NCBI GenBank assembly: GCA_944363915.1
Contig: CALVVR010000001.1
Coordinates: 1-63,292, forward strand
Origin: an uncultured Bacilli bacterium
Lineage (GTDB): Bacteria; Bacillota_I; Bacilli_A; RF39; UBA660
Reading direction: 5' to 3'
Length of the DNA: 63,292 nt
A model generated the notes under the pieces. It did not search any database. It was not told the origin of the DNA and was given only the letters and a program-made list of their open reading frames with translations. The translations under genes were made by a program, and so were the position numbers. Positions 50,295-59,571 of this stretch are shown piece by piece. Each line of letters starts with the position of its first letter. Positions within the stretch are counted from its first letter, which is position 1.

Positions 50295-52248
50295 ATTATT
50301 GATTTGCTTTACTATCATTTATACTTTTTATGTTACAAATAATTTAATTTATCAAACGCATTATCAAGAAGGAAATATTACTTTAGTTGGTTATGTAACG
50401 GACATAGCTTATAAAGAAAATAAGATTGATTTAGAAATTAAATCCAAAGAAAAAATTAAAGTTAGTTATTATACTGAAGATAGAATTGAACTTAAATTAG
50501 GTGATTATATTCAAATTAAAGGAGAATTAACTAAACCTTATGATAATACGGTTTTTAATCTATTTAATTATCGAAAATATTTATTAAGTAATAAAATTTA
50601 TTTTATTTTAAATGCTGATGAAATAATAAAAGTAAAAGACAATACTAATATTTTTTATGAAGTTAAAAATGCTCTTTATGAAAGAATAGATAATTTAAAA
50701 ACTAAAGAGTATGTAAAAGCTTTCATCTTGGGTGATAATCAAGATTTAGATAGTAATATGGAAGTTATATATCAAGAAAATGGGATTACCCATCTTTTAG
50801 CTGTCTCTGGTTCCCATACCACTTTTTTAGCCGCTATTTTATTAATTTTTTTAAAAAGATTTAAATATAATCATATAATTATTAGTATTGTTTTAATCTT
50901 TTATGCTTTCTTAACTAATTTTACGCCTTCAATTTTAAGAGCTGTTTTTCTTTTTATATTAAATAAATATAGTAAGAAAAAAACGATTATTTTAGTTTCT
51001 TGCCTGATGCTTTTATATAATCCATATTATATTTATAATGTTGGATTCTTATTTAGTTTTGTTATTTGTTTTTATTTGATTTATTTTGGAAGTTTAACTA
51101 ATAATTTTAAAAATTATTTTGTTAAATTATTAATAACTTCTCTTATTTGTTTTGTTGCCAGCATTCCTATTATGATTAATAATTTTTATTATATCAATAT
51201 TATGAGCCCTATAATTAATGTTGTTTTTGTTCCTTTTGTTACATTTATTATTTTTCCTTTGTGTTTAATTACTTTAATTATTCCATGTTTTGATAATATA
51301 TTGTTGTTATTTTTAAATATAATGGAACAGTTATCATTATTTTTTAATTATTTTAATATTAACTTAACTATGAGTAAAGTTAATATGTTTATTTTTATTT
51401 TATATTATATAATTATTACTTTTGTTTTTATAAAGCCTAAATATTTTTATATTTTAATAATTATGATTCTTATTCATACTAACATTAAATATTTTAATCA
51501 AAATAATTATTTAACTATGATCGATGTAGGGCAAGGCGATAGTATTTTATTAGAATTAAAAAATAAAAATATTTTGATCGATACTGGGGGTAATAGTTTT
51601 AGTGATTACAACATAGCTACTAACAAATTAATTCCTTATTTTAAAAGTTTAGGTATTAAAAAAATAGATTATTTGATTTTAACTCATGGTGATTATGATC
51701 ATTTAGGAGAAGCAATTAACTTAGTTAACAATTTTAAAGTGGATAAAGTTATATTTAATCATGGAGAATATAATGAGTTAGAAACTGAACTTATTGATGT
51801 TTTAAACAATAAAAGTATTAATTATTATCAGAATGTAAAACAATTAAATGTCGCTAATAATAAATTATATTTTTTAAATAATATAGAATTTGCTGATGAA
51901 AATAATAATTCAATTGTTTTATATGTTGTAGTTGATGGAATTAAAATGTTATTTATGGCTGATGCTGGAATTTCAGTCGAACAAAATATAATGAAAAAAT
52001 ATAATCTTTATGATATTGACATTTTAAAAGTTGGACATCATGGTAGTAAAACAAGTTCTAGTAAAGAATTTATTAATCAAATATCTCCTAAATATTCTTT
52101 GATAAGTGTTGGAATAAATAATTGGTATGGGCATCCCCATGAAGAAGTGTTAGAAAATCTAAATAGTTCTAATATTTATCGCACCGATTTAAATGGAAGT
52201 ATTAAAATAAATTTAGATAAATTAAAAATCAAGACTTGTTTATCGTAG
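50242..52248 (+). CDS. comEC: DNA internalization competence protein ComEC/Rec2 with C-terminal metallo-beta-lactamase domain
   Basis: GITHLLAVSGSHTTFL, MIDVGQGDSILLE, THGDYDHLG and VGHHGSKTSS are present. The start is uncertain: the track start at 50242 overlaps comEA, and the TTG at 50299 just after the comEA stop is an alternative. Confidence 0.88.
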   Translation: MGLANLLLIKLKTNLVYKLLICFTIIYTFYVTNNLIYQTHYQEGNITLVGYVTDIAYKENKIDLEIKSKEKIKVSYYTEDRIELKLGDYIQIKGELTKPYDNTVFNLFNYRKYLLSNKIYFILNADEIIKVKDNTNIFYEVKNALYERIDNLKTKEYVKAFILGDNQDLDSNMEVIYQENGITHLLAVSGSHTTFLAAILLIFLKRFKYNHIIISIVLIFYAFLTNFTPSILRAVFLFILNKYSKKKTIILVSCLMLLYNPYYIYNVGFLFSFVICFYLIYFGSLTNNFKNYFVKLLITSLICFVASIPIMINNFYYINIMSPIINVVFVPFVTFIIFPLCLITLIIPCFDNILLLFLNIMEQLSLFFNYFNINLTMSKVNMFIFILYYIIITFVFIKPKYFYILIIMILIHTNIKYFNQNNYLTMIDVGQGDSILLELKNKNILIDTGGNSFSDYNIATNKLIPYFKSLGIKKIDYLILTHGDYDHLGEAINLVNNFKVDKVIFNHGEYNELETELIDVLNNKSINYYQNVKQLNVANNKLYFLNNIEFADENNNSIVLYVVVDGIKMLFMADAGISVEQNIMKKYNLYDIDILKVGHHGSKTSSSKEFINQISPKYSLISVGINNWYGHPHEEVLENLNSSNIYRTDLNGSIKINLDKLKIKTCLS

Positions 52249-52260
52249 AAAGGAACGTTT

Positions 52261-53151
52261 ATGAATTATTATAATGAAATAAGAGAATATATTATAAACA
52301 ATGAAATAACCAAGAAAGTAAAAGATTATAGTAAAAACAAAAGTGATTTAAATACTTATTATAATGTTGGTAAATTGCTTGTAGAGGCTGGTAAACATTA
52401 TGGTGAAGGAATAATAAAAAAATATTCAAAAAAATTAACCGAAGAACTTGGAAGAGGTTATACATTTACTGCATTAACTAGAATGAAAAAATTTTATATA
52501 TTAATTACAAAACTTGCGACATTGTCGCAACATTTGACATATGGTCACTATATAGAATTGCTTTCTATAAAGAATATCGATAAAATCAATTATTATATTA
52601 AATTAGTGGAAGAACAAAATTTATCAATTAGAGAGTTAAGAACCAAAATTAAGAATGACGAATATGAAAGACTAGATGAAAATACTAAATTAAAATTAAT
52701 AAATAAAGAAGAATCTAAAATAGAAGATTTTATAAAAAATCCAATTATTATAAATAATAGAAACAATTATGAAATAATATCAGAAAAAATATTACAAAAA
52801 CTAGTAATTGAAGATATAGAAAATTTTATGAAAGAACTTGGAAATTATTTTTGTTTTATAAGTAGTGAATATAAAATAAAAATAGGTGATATATATAATT
52901 ATATTGACTTACTTTTATATAATATTAAATTTAATTGTTATGTTGTTGTCGAACTAAAAATCACACCATTAAAAAAAGAACATATTGGGCAAATAGAAGT
53001 ATATATGAATTATATTGATAATAAACTAAAAAATATAAATCAAAATAAAACAATTGGTATAATCATTTGTAAGAAAAATAATAAATATATTATGGAATAT
53101 TGTAGTGATAAAAGAATATTATCAAAAGAATATAAAATAGTAAATGTCTGA
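52261..53151 (+). CDS. DUF1016/YhcG-family PD-(D/E)XK nuclease domain protein
   Basis: The N-terminal NTYYNVGKLLVEAGKHYGEGIIKKYSKKLTEELGRGYTFTALTRMKKFY is present. The C-terminal nuclease core is YNYIDLLLYNIKFNCYVVVELKITPLKKEHIGQIEVYMNYID. Confidence 0.65.
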   Translation: MNYYNEIREYIINNEITKKVKDYSKNKSDLNTYYNVGKLLVEAGKHYGEGIIKKYSKKLTEELGRGYTFTALTRMKKFYILITKLATLSQHLTYGHYIELLSIKNIDKINYYIKLVEEQNLSIRELRTKIKNDEYERLDENTKLKLINKEESKIEDFIKNPIIINNRNNYEIISEKILQKLVIEDIENFMKELGNYFCFISSEYKIKIGDIYNYIDLLLYNIKFNCYVVVELKITPLKKEHIGQIEVYMNYIDNKLKNINQNKTIGIIICKKNNKYIMEYCSDKRILSKEYKIVNV

Positions 53152-53483
53152 AATTAAAGGAACGTCTATGAATTAGTATAATGAAATAAGAGAATATATT
53201 ATAAACAATGAAATAACTAAGAAAGTAAAAGACTATAGTAAAAACAAAAGTGATTTAAATTTATTATAATGTTGATAAATTGCTTGTAGAGGCTGGTAAA
53301 CGTTACGGTGAAGGAATAATAAAAGAATATTCAAAAAAACTTAAAGCAGATGTTGGAAAACAATATACAGAAAGAACCTTGCGAAGATTTAGGCAATTTT
53401 ATAATTTATATGTTGAAGCAAAATGGTCGACATTGTCGACCAAATTAAGTTGGAGTCATTATTCTGAACTACTTTCTATCAGT

Positions 53484-53755
53484 AATATCGATAAAATCAA
53501 TTATTATATTAAATTAGTGGAAGAACAAAATTTATCAATTAGAGAGTTAAGAACCAAAATTAAGAATGACGAATATGAAAGACTAGATGAAAATACTAAA
53601 TTAAAATTAATAAATAAAGAAGAATCTAAAATAGAAGATTTTATAAAAAATCCAATTATTATAAATAATAGAAACAATTATGAAATAATATCAGAAAAAA
53701 TATTACAAAAACTAGTAATTGAAGATATAGAAAATTTTATGAAAGAACTTGGAAG
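53484..53755 (+). repeat. Identical 272-bp copy of 52573..52844
   Basis: A hand comparison base by base shows no mismatch from AATATCGATAAAATCAATT through GAAAGAACTTGGAA. Confidence 0.8.
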
Positions 53756-53950
53756 AGGTTATACATTTACTGCATTAACTATAATGAAAAAATTTATATA
53801 TTAATTACAAAACTTGCGACATTGTCGCAACATTTGACATATGGTCACTATATAGAATTGCTTTCTATAAAGAATATCGATAAAATCAATTATTATATTA
53901 AATTAGTGGAAGAACAAAATTTATCAATTAGAGAGTTAAGAACCAAAATT
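53743..53950 (+). repeat. Near-identical copy of 52442..52650, joined through a 12-nt microhomology
   Basis: The segment AAGAACTTGGAAGAGGTTATACATTT...AACCAAAATT repeats the earlier one with 1 substitution and a 1-nt deletion. As a result the 78-bp stretch AATATCGATAAAATC...AACCAAAATT occurs three times (52573, 53484, 53874). Confidence 0.8.
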
Positions 53951-54237
53951 CACAACAAGAATATACTATTTATGGGTGACACTACAAAAATAAGTTAAAA
54001 TTTTATTATGAGTGAATATATTTTATCAAAATTGGATATATTAAAAATAGAATGTCATATATTAAAAATGTGACAGAAAGCTTTTTTAAAGTGATTAATA
54101 TAGTGACACTTATATGACAAGTATAGATTGAATTATAAATTATATTCTATACTTGTCCTAATGTGTACGCTAATGCTGTTAGCGTTTAATATAGATAGGG
54201 TTACCCTAAATAAAACTAATTTAGTAATTGGTTTTAG

Positions 54238-54270
54238 GACTATTGATTATAAATCAATGGTCTTTTTTTT
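54238..54270 (+). terminator. Orphan plus-strand Rho-independent terminator
   Basis: The stem GACTATTGAT/ATCAATGGTC has one mismatch and is followed by T8. There is no intact upstream gene, so it probably belonged to the decayed DUF1016 copy. Confidence 0.55.
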
Positions 54271-54294
54271 AATAAAAAACTGGTATAAACCAGT

Positions 54295-55083
54295 TTAAAC
54301 TCCAACACTTCTTGTTTCAGGTAAAGTTGATGCTCCATCAATAACAAATTCAGAACCTGTAATATAATTAGATAAGTCGCTAGCTAAGAAAGCCGCTAGA
54401 TTACCTAACTCTTCGATTGTTCCAAGTCTTCCCATCGGTATACCGTCAGCAATTCCTTTGATAACACTATCTGGATCATTAGCGTTGCTATCTAAAGCGA
54501 TTCCTTCAACCATTGGTGTCATAATATAACCTGGTAAAATAGCATTAACAGTAATGTTATTTTTAGCTCCTTCCATAGCTAAACTTTTAGTAAATCCGAT
54601 TAAAGCCGCTTTAGTTGTTGCATAAGCAACTTCTCCTGGATCGGCAACCTTAGGTCCGGTTACACTAGACAAATTGACAATTTTGCCATAATTATTTTTA
54701 ACCATATAAGGGTATACTGCTTTAGTAACATTCCATGTTCCTTTGATATTGATATCGATGTGAAAATCTCTTATTTCGTCAGACATTTCTTCAAATTTAA
54801 CTAATTTAGCTACTCCAGCATTATTAACTAAAATATCAATTTTCCCATATTTTTTATAAACTGCATCAACTATTTTGTTGATCATTTCTTTATTTGTAAT
54901 ATCAACTTGATAACCAATTACATTTTTAGAAATTTTAACGAGTTCACCTAAAGTATTTCTTAATTTATCAGAATAATCTAATATTATTACTGTTGCACCT
55001 AATTTTAAAAAAGTTTTGACAATACCTAAACCATTTCCCATAGCACCACCAGTTACAATGGCAATTTTTCCATTTAAGTCCAT
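54295..55083 (-). CDS. SDR-family oxidoreductase (UcpA / 3-oxoacyl-ACP reductase-like)
   Basis: VTGGAMGNGLG (TGxxxGxG), NNAG and the catalytic YATTKAA (YxxxK) are present. Confidence 0.88.
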   Translation of the reverse strand: MDLNGKIAIVTGGAMGNGLGIVKTFLKLGATVIILDYSDKLRNTLGELVKISKNVIGYQVDITNKEMINKIVDAVYKKYGKIDILVNNAGVAKLVKFEEMSDEIRDFHIDINIKGTWNVTKAVYPYMVKNNYGKIVNLSSVTGPKVADPGEVAYATTKAALIGFTKSLAMEGAKNNITVNAILPGYIMTPMVEGIALDSNANDPDSVIKGIADGIPMGRLGTIEELGNLAAFLASDLSNYITGSEFVIDGASTLPETRSVGV

Positions 55084-55231
55084 CTTGTTTCCTCCATTCT
55101 ATATTTATTATATCATGATTTTTAAGATTTAAAAGTAAAATTTATGATTAAAAAGTGTCAAAAAAATTAAAATATTATCATAAATAATGTATTTTGTGAA
55201 AAAAATGTTATAATAAAAGAAGGGTGAGAAA

Positions 55232-56554
55232 ATGAATCAATTAATTATTATATTAGCTAAAATAGCAAGAACAATATTACATTTTTTAGGAAGAGGAACA
55301 GCATTCCCAGGTAAGTTAGCTTTAAAGTTAAATAAAAATATTTTAAATTTTTTTGAAATGCCTAAAACGACAATTTTTGTTACAGGAACAACTGGTAAAA
55401 CTAGTGTAGTAGGGACAATCTATGAAGTATATAAACATAGTGGTTATAAAGTGGTTAGTAATATTAAAGGGTCTAATTTGATTGATGGTGTGACAACAGC
55501 TGTAATAGAGGCAAGTAGGATAAATGGTAAAACTAAAGTTGATGCTTTAGTTATCGAAGTCGATGAAAGATACGTTAAAGAGGTATTTAAATATATTACA
55601 CCAAAATATTTTATTATCAATAATTTATCACGTGATCAATTAGCACGTAATGGTCATTTTGAATTAGTTTTTAATGAGATAGATAAAAGTATTAATAAAA
55701 AGACAAATTTAATATTAAATGCTGATGATCCATTAGTAACTAAATTTAGTTTAAATAAGAAAAATAAAATTACTTATTATGGACTAAAAGAAAATAAATA
55801 TTCAACTAAGAAAAATAAAATTGATACTTTAGATTTAGCTTATTGTCCAAAGTGTCATAAAAAACTTATTTTTGATTATTTTAATTATGGTAATTTAGGA
55901 TACTATCACTGTCCAAATCATGATTATGACCGTCCTAATTGTGATTTTGAGGCAACTTTATTAAAAGATAAATTTCAAGTTGAAGATGTGACAATAAAAT
56001 TAAACAATGATGCTTTATATAACGTGTATAATATGTTGGCTTGTTATTCTGTTTGCAGAGTTGATAAAGTAAAACAAAAAGATATTGTAGATGCATTAAA
56101 CCAATTATCACTTAAAGTTAAAAGATTAAATGAATTTAAAATAAATGATAATAAAGGTGTCATTTTATTAAGTAAAAATGAAACACCATTATCTTATAAT
56201 CAATCTTTAGAATATATTAAAGAAAAAAAAGGTAGAAAAACAGTAGCAATTGGTTTTACAAGAATTAGTGGACGTTATGATTTAAAAGATTTATCTTGGA
56301 TTTACGATATTAATTTTGAATTACTTAACGATAAAAGTATCGAAAGAATAATTTTAATCGGTCCTTTTGCTTATGATTTAGGTGTTAGATTAAAACAAGC
56401 TAATATCGATTCTAAAAAGTTTTTATATTGCTTAGACTATAAAAATTCTTTAGATTTCTGCTTAAAAAATGTTAAAGGAGATTTATATTGTGTCTTATAT
56501 TTTGATTTAAACTATTTATATTTAGATCAATTAAAAGAAAGAGGGTTATTATGA
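55232..56554 (+). CDS. murT: Mur ligase family protein MurT (lipid II isoglutaminyl synthase ligase subunit)
   Basis: The P-loop VTGTTGKTS is present. A Cys ribbon CPKCHKKLIFDYFNYGNLGYYHCPN...NC parallels the MurT CxxC...C..C. DLSWIYDINFE parallels the MurT DTSWIYDADFE. The C-terminal region is DUF1727-like. Confidence 0.8.
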   Translation: MNQLIIILAKIARTILHFLGRGTAFPGKLALKLNKNILNFFEMPKTTIFVTGTTGKTSVVGTIYEVYKHSGYKVVSNIKGSNLIDGVTTAVIEASRINGKTKVDALVIEVDERYVKEVFKYITPKYFIINNLSRDQLARNGHFELVFNEIDKSINKKTNLILNADDPLVTKFSLNKKNKITYYGLKENKYSTKKNKIDTLDLAYCPKCHKKLIFDYFNYGNLGYYHCPNHDYDRPNCDFEATLLKDKFQVEDVTIKLNNDALYNVYNMLACYSVCRVDKVKQKDIVDALNQLSLKVKRLNEFKINDNKGVILLSKNETPLSYNQSLEYIKEKKGRKTVAIGFTRISGRYDLKDLSWIYDINFELLNDKSIERIILIGPFAYDLGVRLKQANIDSKKFLYCLDYKNSLDFCLKNVKGDLYCVLYFDLNYLYLDQLKERGLL

Positions 56555-57210
56555 AAATAGCTTATTTATACTACGACTTTCTTAATTTATATGGTGAGTC
56601 AGGTAATATAAAAATTATCGATAATATTTTAAAATACAACAAAATTAAACATGAAATATTATATCTATCTTTAGATGATGAATTAGATTTTGCTAATTAT
56701 GACTTAGTATATATTGGAAGTGGAACTGAAGAAAATCAAAAAATTGCTTTAAAACATTTAATGAATTATCAAGAAGATATTAAAAAATATATTGAAAATA
56801 ATAAATTTATGTTTGTGACTGGAAATAGTGTTGATATGTTTGGTAAAAAAATAATTGACGATAAAGAATATGCCGGATTAGGAGTCTTTGCTTATACTGT
56901 TACACGAGGAAAAAGAAAGATGGAAGAAGTATATCTTGATAGCGATATAACAAAACACAAAATATTAGGTTTTATTAATAATAATAGTTATATTGATGAA
57001 GTCAATTTTCCTTTGTTTAAAAATGAAGGTGTTAAATATAATAACTTTTATGCGACTTATATTTTAGGACCTATTTTAGTTAGAAATCCTGATTTTGTTA
57101 AATATTTTTTAAATAATTTAACAGGTCAAAAATTAAAATATGATTTAAAATTAGAAACTAAAGCTTATAATGAATTTGTTAAAAACTTTAAGGAGGAAGT
57201 GCATGAATAA
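56551..57210 (+). CDS. gatD: GatD-like (CobQ-type glutamine amidotransferase) partner of MurT, lacking the catalytic Cys and His
   Basis: LNLYGESGNIKII, DLVYIGSGTEENQ, FGKKI and ATYILGPILVRNP parallel S. aureus GatD blocks as I recall them. The 219-aa protein contains no cysteine at all. The gene overlaps the murT stop. Confidence 0.65.
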   Translation: MKIAYLYYDFLNLYGESGNIKIIDNILKYNKIKHEILYLSLDDELDFANYDLVYIGSGTEENQKIALKHLMNYQEDIKKYIENNKFMFVTGNSVDMFGKKIIDDKEYAGLGVFAYTVTRGKRKMEEVYLDSDITKHKILGFINNNSYIDEVNFPLFKNEGVKYNNFYATYILGPILVRNPDFVKYFLNNLTGQKLKYDLKLETKAYNEFVKNFKEEVHE

Positions 57211-57703
57211 TGTAGTTGAGGCTATTATCGAAATACCACTAAAAACTAAAAATAAATTTGAAATTGATAAAAAGACTAATCGTATTAAATTAGATCGGGT
57301 ACTCTATTCGGCTATGAGTTATCCTGCTGAATATGGATATATAGAAAACACCTTAGCTAAAGATGGAGATCCTTTGGATATTTTAGTTATTTCTAGCGAG
57401 CCAACTTTTCCTGGTTGTGTCGTTCCAGCTAGAATTATTGGTTATTTATCAGTTATCGATAACGGGCGTGAAGATTATAAATTAATTTCGGTAGTAGATG
57501 TTGATCCAAGATATAATGAAATTAAATGTTTAGATGATTTATCAGATTTTACTTTAGACGAAATTAAAAATTTTTTCCAAAATTATAAAACTTTACAAAA
57601 TATTGAAGTGAAAGTTTATGATTACCATGATGAATTATCAGCTTTAAAGTTGATTAGCGAATGTCAAAAACGTTATATCGAAAGTACTTTAAAAAATGAT
57701 TAA
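57203..57703 (+). CDS. ppa: Inorganic pyrophosphatase (family I)
   Basis: VEAIIEIPLKTKNKFEIDK, YPAEYGYIENTLAKDGDPLDILV and KLISVVDVDPRY are present. An RBS AAGGAGGAAG precedes the ATG at 57203. Confidence 0.92.
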   Translation: MNNVVEAIIEIPLKTKNKFEIDKKTNRIKLDRVLYSAMSYPAEYGYIENTLAKDGDPLDILVISSEPTFPGCVVPARIIGYLSVIDNGREDYKLISVVDVDPRYNEIKCLDDLSDFTLDEIKNFFQNYKTLQNIEVKVYDYHDELSALKLISECQKRYIESTLKND

Positions 57704-57741
57704 AATATGATATGATAATAAAGGAAGTTAAAGGTGAATAT

Positions 57742-58710
57742 ATGAAAAAGTCCATTGTTTTAAGTATAGTATTAGTAGTTGTTTTAATATCTTTCATCGG
57801 TTATTATTTATTCAAGCAATCAAATCAAGAAGAATTAAAACCTTACGAAACTAAATTATTAAACTACAGTAACGAAATAAAAGAATTAATTAAAAATGGC
57901 AATTATTCTTTTGAGAGTACTTTAATTGATAATGAGTGGTTAGATAACAATCTTGAATCAACTATTAATTGTACTGAAGTTTATTATTCTAATACTGATA
58001 CAGTTTTATTATATGATTGTGAAATTCCAAACGAAGAAGGAAAATATTATTTTTATAATAAAGCATATACTGAACAAACTGACGAATATAAAAAAGCTTA
58101 TGAAGAAATGAAAAACCAAAAAATTGTAGTTGAAAAAGGAAATTTACTCTCAGATATTGTCACTATTGATCTAAGTCTTGGAATTGAAGAAATTGATCCT
58201 TGTGTTGATAATGGTGTATGTCCAACTGGTACAGAGTTTGCTATTCAAGTTAATGATTCTACAGATTATCGTTTTTATGTTTTAAATGATGATGGTGAAA
58301 AAGTAGAACTTATTATGGATCATGATTTAGTTAATCATGTAATTTGGGCACCTTCAGATAATGGTGATGGTCCAACTGATACTTTAGAATATTTACAAAA
58401 AGCTACAGAAAATTGGACTAATATTCCTTTGAGAAATTATCGAATTGTCGATGATAATGTCGATAAGGTTTATGATGATATTCACATTAAAACAAGAGCA
58501 ACTATACCGTCTTATACTAAATTAGTAGGAATTGATCCAATTCTTCCTAATTGGCTATATAATAATTCAGAAAATGGTTATTGGTTAAGTAGTGCTAGTA
58601 AATCAATGTCATTCTATGCTTGGATTGTTAAAAATGATGGTACTATTGATACTGCTGATGTCAGTAGTGAAGATTATGGAATTAGACCGGTAATAATACT
58701 TTATAAATGA
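57742..58710 (+). CDS. Hypothetical N-terminally anchored extracytoplasmic protein
   Basis: A TM/signal anchor SIVLSIVLVVVLISFIGYYLF is present. The C-terminal GYWLSSASKS...YGIRPVIILYK resembles a module common in Firmicutes surface proteins. I think this module is DUF6273, but that is unverified. Confidence 0.5.
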   Translation: MKKSIVLSIVLVVVLISFIGYYLFKQSNQEELKPYETKLLNYSNEIKELIKNGNYSFESTLIDNEWLDNNLESTINCTEVYYSNTDTVLLYDCEIPNEEGKYYFYNKAYTEQTDEYKKAYEEMKNQKIVVEKGNLLSDIVTIDLSLGIEEIDPCVDNGVCPTGTEFAIQVNDSTDYRFYVLNDDGEKVELIMDHDLVNHVIWAPSDNGDGPTDTLEYLQKATENWTNIPLRNYRIVDDNVDKVYDDIHIKTRATIPSYTKLVGIDPILPNWLYNNSENGYWLSSASKSMSFYAWIVKNDGTIDTADVSSEDYGIRPVIILYK

Positions 58711-58797
58711 TGTTGATGTTTCAATATCATTTTTTAAATGTTTTTAATTTAATTGACCGATATAGAAAACAGTGTTATACTGATAACAGGTGGTAAT

Positions 58798-59571
58798 ATG
58801 GAAAGAACACTGAGTTTGGTTTTGGATGATGACGGTTTTATAAGTCTTACTTTAATGCAAGATGATGCTGTTAAAATTGATGAATTTACGATTAAAAAAT
58901 TTGAAGATTCAGAGCAAATAAGAGAATATTTTAAAAAACAAATTGAAAAATACCTTGAAGAAAATAAAGGATATATTGAAGCGGTTAGTAAAGGAATAGG
59001 TAAATCTTTTCGTGGTCGGATTGTCGTTTTAGAGCCTCGTGAACGAAATGAATCTCTATATTTTGTTGAAAAGCGAGTCTTGTATAAAAAAAACATGGTT
59101 GCTTTGAAAGAGATGGTTCAAGATAAGCCAACTATGCAAAGATTTTTACAACTAGAAAGAATAGGGTTTAATCAATATGGATTTAGAAAGTTAATTTCAC
59201 CTTTTTTAACAAGAGAAATTAAATATACAAATTATCAAGTTAAAAGTCGTATAGATTTTATTAGAAGAGAGTTAAAAAGAAATAAAAATAACTTTTATGA
59301 TATTTTAAGAATTATTTCTAAAGCTTATGAAATGGAAAGAAGATTAAGACCTAATTTAAAAACGATTGAAGCAATTTATAAAGAAAGTAAATTGATATCC
59401 AATAATGTTAATAATCAAAATAATACTGAGGAAATAAAAGAAGTTTATAATATTGATGGATACGATTATCCAATTGATGATATACCATTTGATTTAGATC
59501 AACTAAGATATATGGATACTGATTATTTACCAGATGGATTAGGTGATATTCGTGAAAAAAGAAATCGTTGA
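58798..59571 (+). CDS. Hypothetical protein (257 aa), 3' end overlapping the xer recombinase start
   Basis: An RBS AGGTGG precedes the ATG at 58798. The protein is basic and helical-looking with no motif recognised. Confidence 0.5.
   Translation: MERTLSLVLDDDGFISLTLMQDDAVKIDEFTIKKFEDSEQIREYFKKQIEKYLEENKGYIEAVSKGIGKSFRGRIVVLEPRERNESLYFVEKRVLYKKNMVALKEMVQDKPTMQRFLQLERIGFNQYGFRKLISPFLTREIKYTNYQVKSRIDFIRRELKRNKNNFYDILRIISKAYEMERRLRPNLKTIEAIYKESKLISNNVNNQNNTEEIKEVYNIDGYDYPIDDIPFDLDQLRYMDTDYLPDGLGDIREKRNR

Larger units (their letters stand above)
53168..53950 (+). pseudogene. Degraded, mosaic and internally duplicated tandem copy of the DUF1016/YhcG gene
   Basis: It has the same RBS context (AAAGGAACGTCTATGAATTA) but a stop at codon 3 (ATG AAT TAG), plus a 2-nt deletion and a TGATAA near 53270. 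A diverged middle spans 53340..53465. The C-terminal nuclease core is absent. Track ORF 53280..53804 is the largest surviving frame. Confidence 0.8.

Noticed and set aside
53280-53804. A 174-aa ORF as a functional short DUF1016 paralog.
   Set aside because: It lacks the PD-(D/E)XK core and starts downstream of a killed start codon and frameshifts. It also runs through a duplication junction, so it is best read as a pseudogene fragment.
52442-53950. Interpretation of the repeat set as a diversity-generating retroelement (template/variable repeat).
   Set aside because: No reverse transcriptase gene is nearby. The repeat copies are identical or differ by single events, rather than by adenine-specific substitutions.
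58749-59096. A 115-aa minus-strand ORF.
   Set aside because: It lies antisense to the better-supported plus-strand ORF, which has an RBS and is coupled to the xer gene. No motif or RBS supports the minus-strand frame.
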